From: Bdellovibrionales bacterium
GTDB taxonomy: Bacteria > Bdellovibrionota > Bdellovibrionia > Bdellovibrionales > UBA1609
NCBI GenBank assembly: GCA_027317865.1
Contig: DAHVQG010000017.1
Coordinates: 1 to 45,326 of the forward strand
DNA: 45,326 bases
Reading direction: 5' to 3'
Below the pieces are notes generated by a model. It saw only the letters and a program-made list of their open reading frames with translations, ran no database searches and had not been told where the DNA came from. Within the stretch, counting starts at the first letter, position 1, and each line of letters starts with the position of its first letter. Position numbers and translations under genes: made by a program. Shown here in pieces: positions 18,121 through 27,348 of the stretch.

Positions 18121-19857
18121 TTATGAATTAGTTGTTAGTATTGAACCGGTTACCGGATTATTGCGAAATGTTGTGCAACCCTTTAGACCCAAATCGTAAG
18201 CACGCGAATAAATATCTGAAAATCGTTCAAACGGCGTGTCTTCCGCCACGTTGATTGTTTTTGAAATCGAGTTGTCGACGTACGGCTGTAGTGCGGCCTG
18301 CATGAGCAAGTGTTCTTCAGGTTCAATTTCGTGAGCAAAAACAAATTCCGATGAAAGGAGCCCCGCCTCTTCACTTTCAATACCGTGTTTTCGTCGCCAC
18401 TGTGCTACCGCATAGTCAACCACATCGTATTCGAGGTACGTTCCGTCGACTTGCAAGACTCGGCGGTGAAACCCGGGCGAAAAAATCGGTTCGATACCGC
18501 TCGAAATATTATTTGCAAGTAAACTGATCGTGCCCGTGGGTGCGATCGCCAGCAAATGGCTATTGCGAATTCCGAATTCAACGATACCCGCGCGAATGCG
18601 CTCTGGTAAACGCTTAATAAATTCGCCGCGCAAATATTTTTCTTTGTTAAACAGCGGAAAGGGACCTTTTTCGCGGCTGAGTTCAATTGAGGCTTCGTAC
18701 GCGTTGTCTCGAATAAGCTTCATGAGCTTTGCTGCCCAATCCCGTGCCTCTTGACTGCGGTAATTGAGCCCCAACATTGCCAACGCATCACCGAGACCCG
18801 TCACTCCCAAACCGATTCGCCGAGTGCGCTGAGCTTGTTCTCTTTGCGCAACAAGCGGGAAATTTGAAACATCGATGACGTTATCAAGAAGGCGAACATA
18901 AGTCGGAATATTCCCTGCAAGCCGCTCGAAATCGAATTCCGCCTCGGTCGTAAACGGTTCATTAACAAAATTCACGAGATTAATTGAGCCGAGATCACAT
19001 GCACCGTACTGCGGGAGCGGAATTTCTCCGCACGGGTTTGTCGCCGAAATATTCTCGACATACCAGAGGTTGTTTTCGCGATTAATCCGATCAATGAACA
19101 GAATCCCAGGTTCCGCACTTTTATATGTGCATTCCATAATGTCTTGCCATAATTCGCGCGCACGAACTTGTTTGATTGAATTTGGCGCCTCATCTTCGCC
19201 GGCGCCGTCGTGCTGAAAACTCAATTGCCATTTCGCATCGTTGCGAACGGCTTTAACGAAATCGTCCGTAGCCAAAACCGATAAATTAAAATGATTGAGG
19301 TCCCTGGCACTTTTCGATTTGGCGCGAACAAAATCATAAATATCGGGATGATCGCAGCGGAGAGTCGCCATCATGGCGCCGCGCCGGGCACCTGTGGTCA
19401 AGATCGTGGCGCACATTGTATTCCAAATACGCATGAACGAAACGGGACCTGATGCAATACGGCCCGTCGCATGTGCGGGTGTACCCTTTGGGCGAAGAGT
19501 CGAGAAATCATATCCGACACCGCCACCTTGTTGCATGGTGAGCGCACCTTCTTTGAGTGCATCAAAAATTCCGTCCATCGAATCTTCAATTTTGCCCATT
19601 ACAAAACAGTTAAAAAGTGTCGCTCGATTTTTCGTGCCGGCGGTTGCGAGAATTCGGCCGCCGGGCAAAAACTCAAATCCTTCGATGCAATGATAAAACT
19701 CATCACCCCAATATTCGGGGGTCGATTCAATTGTCGATAATGCAGAGGCCACGCGACGCCAGGTATCTTCAATTGTTTTGTCAAAAACGGCGGCTGGACC
19801 GTGTGCGCGATATTTTGTTTCCCATACCTGTTTTGAAAATTCGGTCAAAAATTGCAT
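18121..19857 (-). CDS. nrdJ: Class II (adenosylcobalamin-dependent) ribonucleotide reductase, short form
   Basis: PGGRIL, TLFNCFV, GGGVG, RRGAMM, TNPCGEIPL (thiyl Cys), GACDLGS, IAPTGTIS, SISKT. No ATP-cone, and no radical-subunit gene nearby. Confidence 0.9.
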   Translation of the reverse strand: MQFLTEFSKQVWETKYRAHGPAAVFDKTIEDTWRRVASALSTIESTPEYWGDEFYHCIEGFEFLPGGRILATAGTKNRATLFNCFVMGKIEDSMDGIFDALKEGALTMQQGGGVGYDFSTLRPKGTPAHATGRIASGPVSFMRIWNTMCATILTTGARRGAMMATLRCDHPDIYDFVRAKSKSARDLNHFNLSVLATDDFVKAVRNDAKWQLSFQHDGAGEDEAPNSIKQVRARELWQDIMECTYKSAEPGILFIDRINRENNLWYVENISATNPCGEIPLPQYGACDLGSINLVNFVNEPFTTEAEFDFERLAGNIPTYVRLLDNVIDVSNFPLVAQREQAQRTRRIGLGVTGLGDALAMLGLNYRSQEARDWAAKLMKLIRDNAYEASIELSREKGPFPLFNKEKYLRGEFIKRLPERIRAGIVEFGIRNSHLLAIAPTGTISLLANNISSGIEPIFSPGFHRRVLQVDGTYLEYDVVDYAVAQWRRKHGIESEEAGLLSSEFVFAHEIEPEEHLLMQAALQPYVDNSISKTINVAEDTPFERFSDIYSRAYDLGLKGCTTFRNNPVTGSILTTNS

Positions 19858-19968
19858 GGTCGCAGCACCTCAGTTCGCCTATGTTCAACCATGCCGGGCC
19901 CACTTGGCACGTCAAGAAAAAATTAACTCTCAAGCGCCGTAAAATTCACCATATTGAATACTGGCGAT

Positions 19969-21321
19969 ATGGAATTATTCATAAAACGCTTCACTACCTT
20001 TGTCCTCGTTATCGCACTCGCGGGATGCGCACACAAAAAAGCGCCAAGCCCTCAACCGACTGACAACGAGCCGCACCTTACAGTTGTACCAAAGCCTCTA
20101 GAAAGGGCTCCGTATTCACCACTTGTTATCCCAACAGTAAACATCAAAGATTTACGACAACAAGTTCATGCTTTAGAGGCGCAGCTTGAAATGGTTTTAC
20201 AATCCGAGGGCACACAAGCGCTCTCGAGATATTTGCGTCTACGCGCCCGCCAGGGTTTAAAAATCAGCGCATTGAGAGACCTGTTTTACCATAAAGACGG
20301 ACTCAAACCCGATGTGATTTCCACTGAAATCCCGTCTGACGGTCAAGACATGATTAAATTCGCCAATCAACAATTAAGAGAATCCGGCATCGACTTTATA
20401 CAGTTTAAGGGAGTAATTAATAAACGCCTTCCGCGACTCGAGCGCCCCCTCCCATCGCAAACCGAACTCTACCGTCGCTGGGAAGTCGCACGCACCACTT
20501 CGATGCCGCTCATCGGTTTTGCCATTACGGTACTGGAAGCCGGCGCCAACGTTTCTTCTGCTGAAATTATTGCCAGTATAGTTCGCGCATTTACCGTCCT
20601 AGCGCTTGATTTACAGTTTCGAATTTTCAAATCATTCTGGACCAAACTTCAGTCGAATAATGCGCCTTTGCTCGCGCGACAAATCGGAATCACGACCGGC
20701 AAATTTCATCGACTCATCGAGGTCATGAACGAACTTTTGCGAAGTGCCCGCGGCGCGACAAAAGGCTACCTTGATAGTTATTTAATAGATTGGGGATACG
20801 CCCTGTTGTTGTATGCCAGCCAATCGCTCACGTTGCATTATATTATACCTGGTTATCAAGAATTCTCGATTTTAAAAATGATAAACAAAAGTTGGCTTGT
20901 CAATACCGCCTACTTTGTGGCGTTCGGGCTCCTACATAACGCTCTGAAAACTTCAGAAGATCGCGGTGAAATTTCTGAAACTTTGCGCTATCAAATTGAA
21001 TCGGTCGGCGCCGCATGGGCGTCATTTTGGCGTTTGGTGAGTTTGATTCCGAAAATGAACGTCATTAGCCAAGTTATGTTGTATTCCTTTGGCGCTATTG
21101 TAACCGTTCCGTTTTTAGTAAAGACGTGGAGTGCGACGGATTACGCGAATGAAACCGCTCACATTTTCGCAAGTCATGAAGGTGAAGAAGTTCCGATAAC
21201 AAAAATGAGCGAATTGTTAGGAAACACCTACGACTATCCCCATCTTTCGCGACAAATGACCTTTTCAAATTTATTTGCGAAACTGCGCGGGCAACTCATG
21301 AGCGATCTCGAACAAAGATGA
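19969..21321 (+). CDS. Hypothetical lipoprotein-signal protein with several C-terminal hydrophobic segments
   Basis: Lipobox LAGC, Pro-rich linker, helical region, then several moderately hydrophobic helices. Confidence 0.65.
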   Translation: MELFIKRFTTFVLVIALAGCAHKKAPSPQPTDNEPHLTVVPKPLERAPYSPLVIPTVNIKDLRQQVHALEAQLEMVLQSEGTQALSRYLRLRARQGLKISALRDLFYHKDGLKPDVISTEIPSDGQDMIKFANQQLRESGIDFIQFKGVINKRLPRLERPLPSQTELYRRWEVARTTSMPLIGFAITVLEAGANVSSAEIIASIVRAFTVLALDLQFRIFKSFWTKLQSNNAPLLARQIGITTGKFHRLIEVMNELLRSARGATKGYLDSYLIDWGYALLLYASQSLTLHYIIPGYQEFSILKMINKSWLVNTAYFVAFGLLHNALKTSEDRGEISETLRYQIESVGAAWASFWRLVSLIPKMNVISQVMLYSFGAIVTVPFLVKTWSATDYANETAHIFASHEGEEVPITKMSELLGNTYDYPHLSRQMTFSNLFAKLRGQLMSDLEQR

Positions 21322-21346
21322 TCCCATAAAGTTCTGGGTGCGTCCG

Positions 21347-21877
21347 TCATAAAATCAGTTTGCGCAGTTCGCTTTGAGAATAAACATAATCAGCGTAGAT
21401 CATGGTATTCATGACGTTGCGATGGCCGAGTGCGACTTGCACAAGTCGAATGTCCTTGGTTTTTTTATAAAGTTGAATGGCAAATGTGTGCCTTAATGAA
21501 TGCAATTTTTTGGGAACGGGCCGATATAGTTCCCAAATTTGCCGCAGGCGATTGTAGCTTATCGGGAACAACTCGTCCGTATCTATGGTCTCTGCGTAAT
21601 CCGTTAATTTCTTGAATAACGAAGCCTGCAGCGGGATTTCTCGATCATTGCTGCCTTTTAACCCTTGAATAAAAATTGAATTTTCATAACGGTTGAGGCT
21701 GCCTTTTGTCAGATTGAGCACTTCTTGGGCGCGCGCGCCGGTTTTAAGGGCGACGTAAAGCACGAGGCAATTTCTCGGGTCACGGTTAATGTGAGTGGCA
21801 AGAAGCTGCTCCAACCGATTAAGTTCGTCGGGCAATAAGTATTTGTTTTTGTTGAGAGCGTAACGAACCGGCCGCAT
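21347..21877 (-). CDS. Minimal tyrosine recombinase (catalytic domain only)
   Basis: 176 aa. TGARAQE (R), GLKG (K), HSLRH (HxxR), LGH, TMIY (Tyr nucleophile). No N-terminal core-binding domain. Confidence 0.9.
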   Translation of the reverse strand: MRPVRYALNKNKYLLPDELNRLEQLLATHINRDPRNCLVLYVALKTGARAQEVLNLTKGSLNRYENSIFIQGLKGSNDREIPLQASLFKKLTDYAETIDTDELFPISYNRLRQIWELYRPVPKKLHSLRHTFAIQLYKKTKDIRLVQVALGHRNVMNTMIYADYVYSQSELRKLIL

Positions 21878-22104
21878 ACCGCTATCGTCTTCAGTCCCTG
21901 ATTTCGAGTCAAAATGAAAAATGCGGAGCCGTGCAACAAACAGGTGAGTCGCATTTTTTCAATTGCACACTTTTTAAGCAAATCAACAGGTCCATTGAGA
22001 TCGTTTATTTAGTCATGTGATTTCCATATGTTAAACATATAACTTATAACTAAAAGTCACAATAGTGGTATTTCCGTTCAAAGGTGTTGTAAATCACAAC
22101 AATT

Positions 22105-22147
22105 TATATTGTGAAAAAATCATATAAAACGTATATTTCACAATATA
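22105..22147. repeat. Perfect 12-bp inverted repeat TATATTGTGAAA-N19-TTTCACAATATA
   Basis: Arms at 22105-22116 and 22136-22147, in the AT-rich divergent spacer. Confidence 0.8.
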
Positions 22148-22177
22148 GTACAACTGCATTTTGTACGAGGATTTCAA

Positions 22178-22777
22178 ATGAAAATAACCCCTCCCCCGGC
22201 TGACGAAAAAAGTTTTACGACGCGTGAGTTTGAGTCGCCCGATCAAAAATTAAATTTACGAGAGCAATACGAGCTTGAACGTGATCGCCTTGTACACGAG
22301 TTTGGCCGTCTTGAAGATATGCGAATGACAATTGGCTTAAACCGCCGCCGATTGTGCCGCCTTTTGCTGGTTGATCCATCGGCTTGGACGCGTTGGTGTC
22401 GCGACGGTGCCCCCCCACATATTTATCGCGCACTGGCGTGGCTCATCGAATTGCGCAATTTGCGCCCGAGTGTGGTTCAACCGAATGATCTTTCGAGCCG
22501 GATCGATGTCGTTCAGGCGAGCACACAAGAAAAATTAAAAGATATCGAACGTCAAATGGAGCAGCTCGAACGCAAGTTGACATTAACTCAAGTTGTTTAT
22601 AGCCGTGCCCAACAATTTCCCCAACGGCCCAAGCCATCTCGGCGCAAACGAAGCGCAAAACCGATTAGAAAACCGCACCGAAAGAAACAAAAATTATCGG
22701 CAAAAAAACGACGTCAGGTTACGCGTTCTAAGCGTAAAAATCGCATCAAGGGCAAAACACGACGAAAGCGTCACTGA
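22178..22777 (+). CDS. XRE-like HTH protein with coiled coil and Lys/Arg-rich tail
   Basis: IGLNRRRLCRLLLVDPSAWTRW HTH pattern; heptads (LKDIERQMEQLERKL); the last 50 aa contain 28 K/R and no D/E. Confidence 0.75.
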   Translation: MKITPPPADEKSFTTREFESPDQKLNLREQYELERDRLVHEFGRLEDMRMTIGLNRRRLCRLLLVDPSAWTRWCRDGAPPHIYRALAWLIELRNLRPSVVQPNDLSSRIDVVQASTQEKLKDIERQMEQLERKLTLTQVVYSRAQQFPQRPKPSRRKRSAKPIRKPHRKKQKLSAKKRRQVTRSKRKNRIKGKTRRKRH

Positions 22778-23643
22778 ATGAGCTTGGAATTCATTAAAAA
22801 TTGAGCCGCGCTTTTTGATGAAAAATACGTAAATGTATTGAGTATCCCGAAATCGGAGCCCCACTTAGATTCGCAGTCGGTGTCCATATACGACATAATT
22901 CCAACCAATTGGCCATTATAATAAACCGGAGAGCCCGAATCTCCGGGGGCAGCATAGGCTTTGTTCGCAGGCGCTTTAATGCCGGCGTATTCATCAGATA
23001 CCCGCATCACCGTGCTTGTGCCTAAACGTTTTTGCGTATTTAAAGATCCACCGAAACTTCCATAAGCAAAAGGGTCTACGGACGTCCCAAATCCAACAAA
23101 ACTTACTTTGTCACCCAAATGCGGAACATAATTAAAATCGACCTTCGCAAAATGGTCAGATGTATGGGGCGGAAACGAAATCAGTGCGAGATCCGGCGAA
23201 TTTGGTGAAAGAAGCGGTAACGGTACGGAATAACAGTTCGGCGCTTGTAGCAAATATTTTTTGAACTTCTGGTCGCGCGCGGCCAATTGCCTACCGATTT
23301 CTTCGCCCGTCAGTGAAAACTGTGAATCAAAAGCGATCGCATGAACCGGATGCTTCAGCGGTTTGTCACCAAACGAATAGAGTATGATATTCTTAGGATT
23401 GATTCGTTCACCGGAAAGTACATCAGGTGCGCAATGACCGGCTGTTAATAGGACTGAGTTGCTGATAAATACACCGGTACACGCGAACGTCATTTTATTG
23501 TTTTGCGCGTTACGGGCAGTGATAAGAATTTTCGCCGCTTCGGGATGAATTTTTAGGCCGACATCCTTGCCATTTACAATTGCGTTTGCCGTTGCTGCAA
23601 AAGCGCACAACGCCAGCAAAAGAATTCCCCCTTGAATTTTCAT
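22771..23643 (-). CDS. Secreted S1 (trypsin-fold) serine protease
   Basis: Signal peptide, mature start IVNG, CTGVFI...LTAGHC, DLALI, GDSGSP. Confidence 0.92.
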   Translation of the reverse strand: MKIQGGILLLALCAFAATANAIVNGKDVGLKIHPEAAKILITARNAQNNKMTFACTGVFISNSVLLTAGHCAPDVLSGERINPKNIILYSFGDKPLKHPVHAIAFDSQFSLTGEEIGRQLAARDQKFKKYLLQAPNCYSVPLPLLSPNSPDLALISFPPHTSDHFAKVDFNYVPHLGDKVSFVGFGTSVDPFAYGSFGGSLNTQKRLGTSTVMRVSDEYAGIKAPANKAYAAPGDSGSPVYYNGQLVGIMSYMDTDCESKWGSDFGILNTFTYFSSKSAAQFLMNSKLIQ

Positions 23644-23670
23644 AAACCCCAACCCTTATGTTCTTAAGCC

Positions 23671-23705
23671 TTACCTTACCTTACTTTACTTTACCTTACT
23701 TTACC
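23671..23705. repeat. Pentanucleotide tandem repeat (TTACY)x7
   Basis: ttacc ttacc ttact ttact ttacc ttact ttacc, ending 27 nt upstream of the protease ATG on the minus strand. Confidence 0.9.
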
Positions 23706-23717
23706 GACGATGAACTT

Positions 23718-23746
23718 GGAGGCGATGCGGTTCGCGCATCGCCTCC
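23718..23746. other. GC-rich hairpin GGAGGCGATGCG-gttcg-CGCATCGCCTCC
   Basis: Perfect 12-bp stem with a 5-nt loop. No U-tract on either strand. Confidence 0.8.
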
Positions 23747-23852
23747 GTCCCCCTAGGACACTCGCTGACCCCTTGCCGTTGGCGTTTAGCAAACTCGATA
23801 CAGCAATGCAAATTCGAAATTGTTATCGAATGCCTTACAATAGTTTATTGTT

Positions 23853-25670
23853 CTACAATATCTTCGCAACAAAGGGCTTCAAGTCGGTTTCAGTTAATGT
23901 CTCACGCTTCAAGAGTAGCTTTGCAGCTTCTTCTAATGTGCTCTTGTTTTTAGTTAAAATTTCTGAGGCGCGCTGCATTGCCGTCGCCACCATATCCGCT
24001 ACTGCTGCGTCAATCTTGTTGGCTGTTTCGTCACTATAAGTTCGTGTTTGAAAAGGTGTTTGCTCGTAACCTAAAAATGTGGGCCTACGGGTGTCGTAAA
24101 CAATATTGCCAACGCTTGCGCTCATTCCGTATTTCGTGACCGCGTTCCACGCGATATCTGTAGCCTTGTCAATATCATCGGCTGCACCGGTCGAAAAATG
24201 TCCAAACTCCAGTTGTTCGGCCGCACGGCCGCCCAATAACACAATCATCTTTTTTTTCAATTCATCATCAGTCATTAAAAATCGCTCTTCTGACGGGCGT
24301 TGCATGGTGTAACCAATTGCCCCCACTCCACGCGGGATGATGGACACTTTATGAATTTGCTCAATATTGCCAGTCGCGATGGCCGCAATGACGTGCCCGA
24401 TTTCATGATACGCGACAATCTTCTTTTCAAACGGGCTGATTAGGCGACCTTTTTTCTCTAATCCGGCGGTCAACCGCTCGACGGCTTCGGTAAAGTCGCC
24501 TTCGTTCACCGAATCGGATTCGCGGCGCACGGCAATGAGCGCGGCTTCGTTAACAATATTGGCAAGATCGGCGCCTGTGAGACCGGGGGTCAACGCCGCA
24601 ACATGTGACAAGTCGAGATGGGGTGCCATCTTTATTTTTTTTGAGTGAAGTTCAAGAATCGCAAGACGCCCGGCTTTGTCGGGGCGGTCGATTACAACTT
24701 GGCGATCGAAACGTCCTGAACGCAATAACGCTGGATCAATAATTTCCGGGCGATTTGTTGCAGCCAAAAGAATGATCCCCGATGCGGAGTCAAAACCGTC
24801 GAGTTCAGCCAAAAGTTGATTTAGGGTCTGCTCCTTTTCATCGTTTACGCCGGGGCCCACAGCTACTAAACGGGCGCGGCCAAGAGCATCGAGTTCGTCA
24901 ATAAAAATGATACACGGCGCACGCCGTTTAGCTTGTTCGAACAAGTCGCGAACTCGGGCAGCGCCGACACCGACAAACATTTCAACAAATTCCGCACCGT
25001 TAGTTGAAAAAAACGGGACTTCGGCTTCACCGGCAACCGCTTTGGCAATTAACGTTTTTCCTGTGCCGGGAGGGCCAACCAGCAATACGCCCTTAGGCAT
25101 TCGGCCGCCGAGCCGGTGAAACTTGTTGGGATTTTTTAAAAAGTCGACGATCTCTTGGAGTTCGGCTTTAGCTTCGTCGATTCCAGCAACATCACTGAAT
25201 TTCACCTTCGTATCGGACTCGACATAAATTTTTGCTTTGCTCTTACCGATCGCCATTACACCACCTTGCAACCTTGCGCTAAAGCGCTTCGCAATAAATA
25301 ACCAAACGCCGATCATGATGAGCACGGGCAATGTCCATAAAAGTATATTTCGAAAAAAAGTGTTTTCAGGCTCGGCCTGATAGCGCACGCCCGCTTTTTG
25401 CAGTTTGGCGGCAAAAGTAGGGTCCATTTTGACAGTTTCAATGTAACGAGCGCCGTGGGCGGGCTTTTTGAGGCGAGCACGAATGGTGGTATCGCCTTGT
25501 AGGTCTACTTCGCTTAGACTTCCGTGTTCGAGAAGCGTTTCAAATTCACTGTATGGAACGGTTCGAACATCACGCCGGGCTAACCAACCGTCGTGCAAAA
25601 GGAGGGCCGCTACGACTGCGAGGACAACGTACCAAATGTTAATGTGATAGGGTGAAATTCGATCTTCCAT
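23853..25670 (-). CDS. ftsH: ATP-dependent zinc metalloprotease FtsH (probably a secondary paralog)
   Basis: Two N-terminal TMs; [58 protein letters not shown]. Confidence 0.93.
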   Translation of the reverse strand: MEDRISPYHINIWYVVLAVVAALLLHDGWLARRDVRTVPYSEFETLLEHGSLSEVDLQGDTTIRARLKKPAHGARYIETVKMDPTFAAKLQKAGVRYQAEPENTFFRNILLWTLPVLIMIGVWLFIAKRFSARLQGGVMAIGKSKAKIYVESDTKVKFSDVAGIDEAKAELQEIVDFLKNPNKFHRLGGRMPKGVLLVGPPGTGKTLIAKAVAGEAEVPFFSTNGAEFVEMFVGVGAARVRDLFEQAKRRAPCIIFIDELDALGRARLVAVGPGVNDEKEQTLNQLLAELDGFDSASGIILLAATNRPEIIDPALLRSGRFDRQVVIDRPDKAGRLAILELHSKKIKMAPHLDLSHVAALTPGLTGADLANIVNEAALIAVRRESDSVNEGDFTEAVERLTAGLEKKGRLISPFEKKIVAYHEIGHVIAAIATGNIEQIHKVSIIPRGVGAIGYTMQRPSEERFLMTDDELKKKMIVLLGGRAAEQLEFGHFSTGAADDIDKATDIAWNAVTKYGMSASVGNIVYDTRRPTFLGYEQTPFQTRTYSDETANKIDAAVADMVATAMQRASEILTKNKSTLEEAAKLLLKRETLTETDLKPFVAKIL

Positions 25671-25764
25671 GTGCTAATTTTCGAAACAATACAAAATTCG
25701 CGCCAACCATACTTTTAGTTTATTTGACTCCGCCAGCTTGGCTGTGTGATATCTTAGGTCATGG

Positions 25765-25775
25765 GACAATTTGTC
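25765..25775. promoter_or_regulatory. Palindrome GACAATTTGTC, candidate enhancer (UAS)
   Basis: Dyad about 100 bp upstream of the sigma54-like element. Confidence 0.35.
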
Positions 25776-25870
25776 ATACACCAGTTGAAAATACGACAAA
25801 CTAACTCGCTCTAACCGGTGTATTTTGAATCCAACAGCTACCAAAGCAGTTTAGAGGCATGGTTTTGAAA

Positions 25871-25886
25871 TGGCACGAGAATTGAA
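25871..25886 (+). promoter_or_regulatory. Sigma54 (-24/-12)-like promoter TGGCACG-AGAA-TTGAA
   Basis: Perfect -24 box and correct spacing; the -12 box reads TTGA instead of TTGC. It lies about 70 nt upstream of ATG 25954. Confidence 0.6.
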
Positions 25887-25953
25887 GTCTACAACCCCAG
25901 ATCAAGAATTTTACAAACCACGTATTACAAAACGAAATCGAGGGGTTAAAATT

Positions 25954-27348
25954 ATGGGCCAAAAAGTAGCAGTTGTTGATGATGATCCTGAAATGGGCCG
26001 TGTCGTAAGCGACCTTTTAGCGAATGAAGGGTATGGCGTCGCCCAGTATTTGTCAGCCAGCGACGCTTTGGCAAAATTTAAAAAAGAACCACCCGAAATA
26101 TTGATCACCGACCATCGCATGACGGGAATTGACGGACTGATGTTTATGCAAAAAGTCCGCGAAGACTATCCCGACATTGTAACCATTATGATGACGGCGT
26201 TTGGCTCGATTGAAACAGCCATACAGGCGATGAAACTTGGGGCCTATCATTACATCGTTAAACCGTTCAAAAATGATGAGCTGTTATTGTTGGTCGCGCG
26301 CGCCGCTGAAAAAGCTTCGCTTATGCACGACAATTCCCTATTAAGACAAGAACTCACAAAGTCTTTTGATCTTCAATCGATTGTCGGTAAAAGCCCCGCG
26401 ATGCTGGCGGTTTTTGATGTAATTAAATTGGTTTCAAACGCTACGGCCAACGTTTTAATTCGTGGCGACAGCGGCTCCGGCAAAGAACTCGTCGCCCGCG
26501 CGATTCACAATTCGGGACCACGAAGCACGAAGCCGTTCATACCTATTAACTGTACAGCAATACCCGAGCAACTTCTCGAAAGCGAACTTTTTGGCCACGT
26601 GAAAGGTTCATTCACCGGGGCACTTTCAGACAAAAAAGGGTTATTTGAAGAAGCGGATGGCGGCACTCTATTTTTAGATGAAATAGGCGATTTGAGTCTC
26701 CCGCTACAGGCAAAACTGCTGCGAGTATTGCAAGACAAAAGAATCCGCGCTGTAGGAGACAGCCATCTCAAACAAATAGATGTGCGCATTATTGCCGCTA
26801 CCCACCGTGATTTGCGGATTATGGTAAAAGACGAAAAATTTCGTGAAGATTTATATTATCGATTGAATGTGATCCCCATCCGCGTTCCGTCGCTTCGCGA
26901 GCGAGTTGATGATATTCCCCTGCTCGTCGATAGCTTCATAAAGAAATTTGCGGCTCGCAATAACTCGAAAGTTCGCGCAATTTCACCCGAAGCCATGGCC
27001 ATTTTAATGGCGCATCCTTGGCCGGGCAACGTTCGCGAGCTCGAAAATGTCATCGAACGCGCCATGGTCCTGTGTTCCGGTGAAATAATTGAAAAATCGG
27101 TCGTATTAGACAGTGCGCTAGAAGAAGCAAAACAAAATATGGCGGATTTGCAAGCCGATCGGCCGACTCTTGAAAAATTAGAAGAACGCTACATCAAACT
27201 TATTTTAAGAGAAGTAAACAACAAAAAAGACGAGGCATCTAAAGTTCTCGGCATCAGCAGGCGCACTCTTTATCGCAAAGAGCGTGCCTACGGAATGGTC
27301 TCGGCTGATGAAGCCGAACCGGGCGACGAAGTCGAGCACACGCAGTGA
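25954..27348 (+). CDS. Sigma54-dependent NtrC-family response regulator (REC-AAA+-Fis HTH)
   Basis: REC domain; GDSGSGKE; ESELFGH.KGSFTGA; LFLDEIG; FREDLYYRL; WPGNVRELEN; LGISRRTLYRK. RBS GAGGGG favours start 25954. Confidence 0.95.
   Translation: MGQKVAVVDDDPEMGRVVSDLLANEGYGVAQYLSASDALAKFKKEPPEILITDHRMTGIDGLMFMQKVREDYPDIVTIMMTAFGSIETAIQAMKLGAYHYIVKPFKNDELLLLVARAAEKASLMHDNSLLRQELTKSFDLQSIVGKSPAMLAVFDVIKLVSNATANVLIRGDSGSGKELVARAIHNSGPRSTKPFIPINCTAIPEQLLESELFGHVKGSFTGALSDKKGLFEEADGGTLFLDEIGDLSLPLQAKLLRVLQDKRIRAVGDSHLKQIDVRIIAATHRDLRIMVKDEKFREDLYYRLNVIPIRVPSLRERVDDIPLLVDSFIKKFAARNNSKVRAISPEAMAILMAHPWPGNVRELENVIERAMVLCSGEIIEKSVVLDSALEEAKQNMADLQADRPTLEKLEERYIKLILREVNNKKDEASKVLGISRRTLYRKERAYGMVSADEAEPGDEVEHTQ

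Noticed and set aside
22026-22036. ATATGTTAAAC resembles the XerD arm of dif (9/11 to TTATGTTAAAT), next to a tyrosine recombinase
   Set aside because: There is no recognisable XerC-like arm at 6-bp spacing, the recombinase is too short for a Xer protein, and AT-rich chance is plausible. A GC-skew analysis could revive it.
22109-22143. Rex-like half-sites TTGTGAA and TTCACAA
   Set aside because: The spacer is 21 bp, not the 4 bp of a Rex operator.
21347-22777. Prophage or integrative element
   Set aside because: No tRNA, att-like direct repeats, or phage, replication or transfer genes are visible.
23671-23705. CRISPR array
   Set aside because: The units are 5 bp with no spacers, and there are no cas genes in the window.
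23718-23850. Intrinsic terminator of ftsH or a known riboswitch
   Set aside because: No U-tract follows the stem, and I could not match c-di-GMP or other riboswitch consensus elements by eye.
23710-24039. 109-aa plus-strand ORF
   Set aside because: It is antisense to the ftsH 3' end, runs through the hairpin, and has no protein-like features.
25870-25953. N-terminal extension of the NtrC-family ORF
   Set aside because: The ATG is part of the sigma54-like box, and both the REC domain and the RBS point to 25954.
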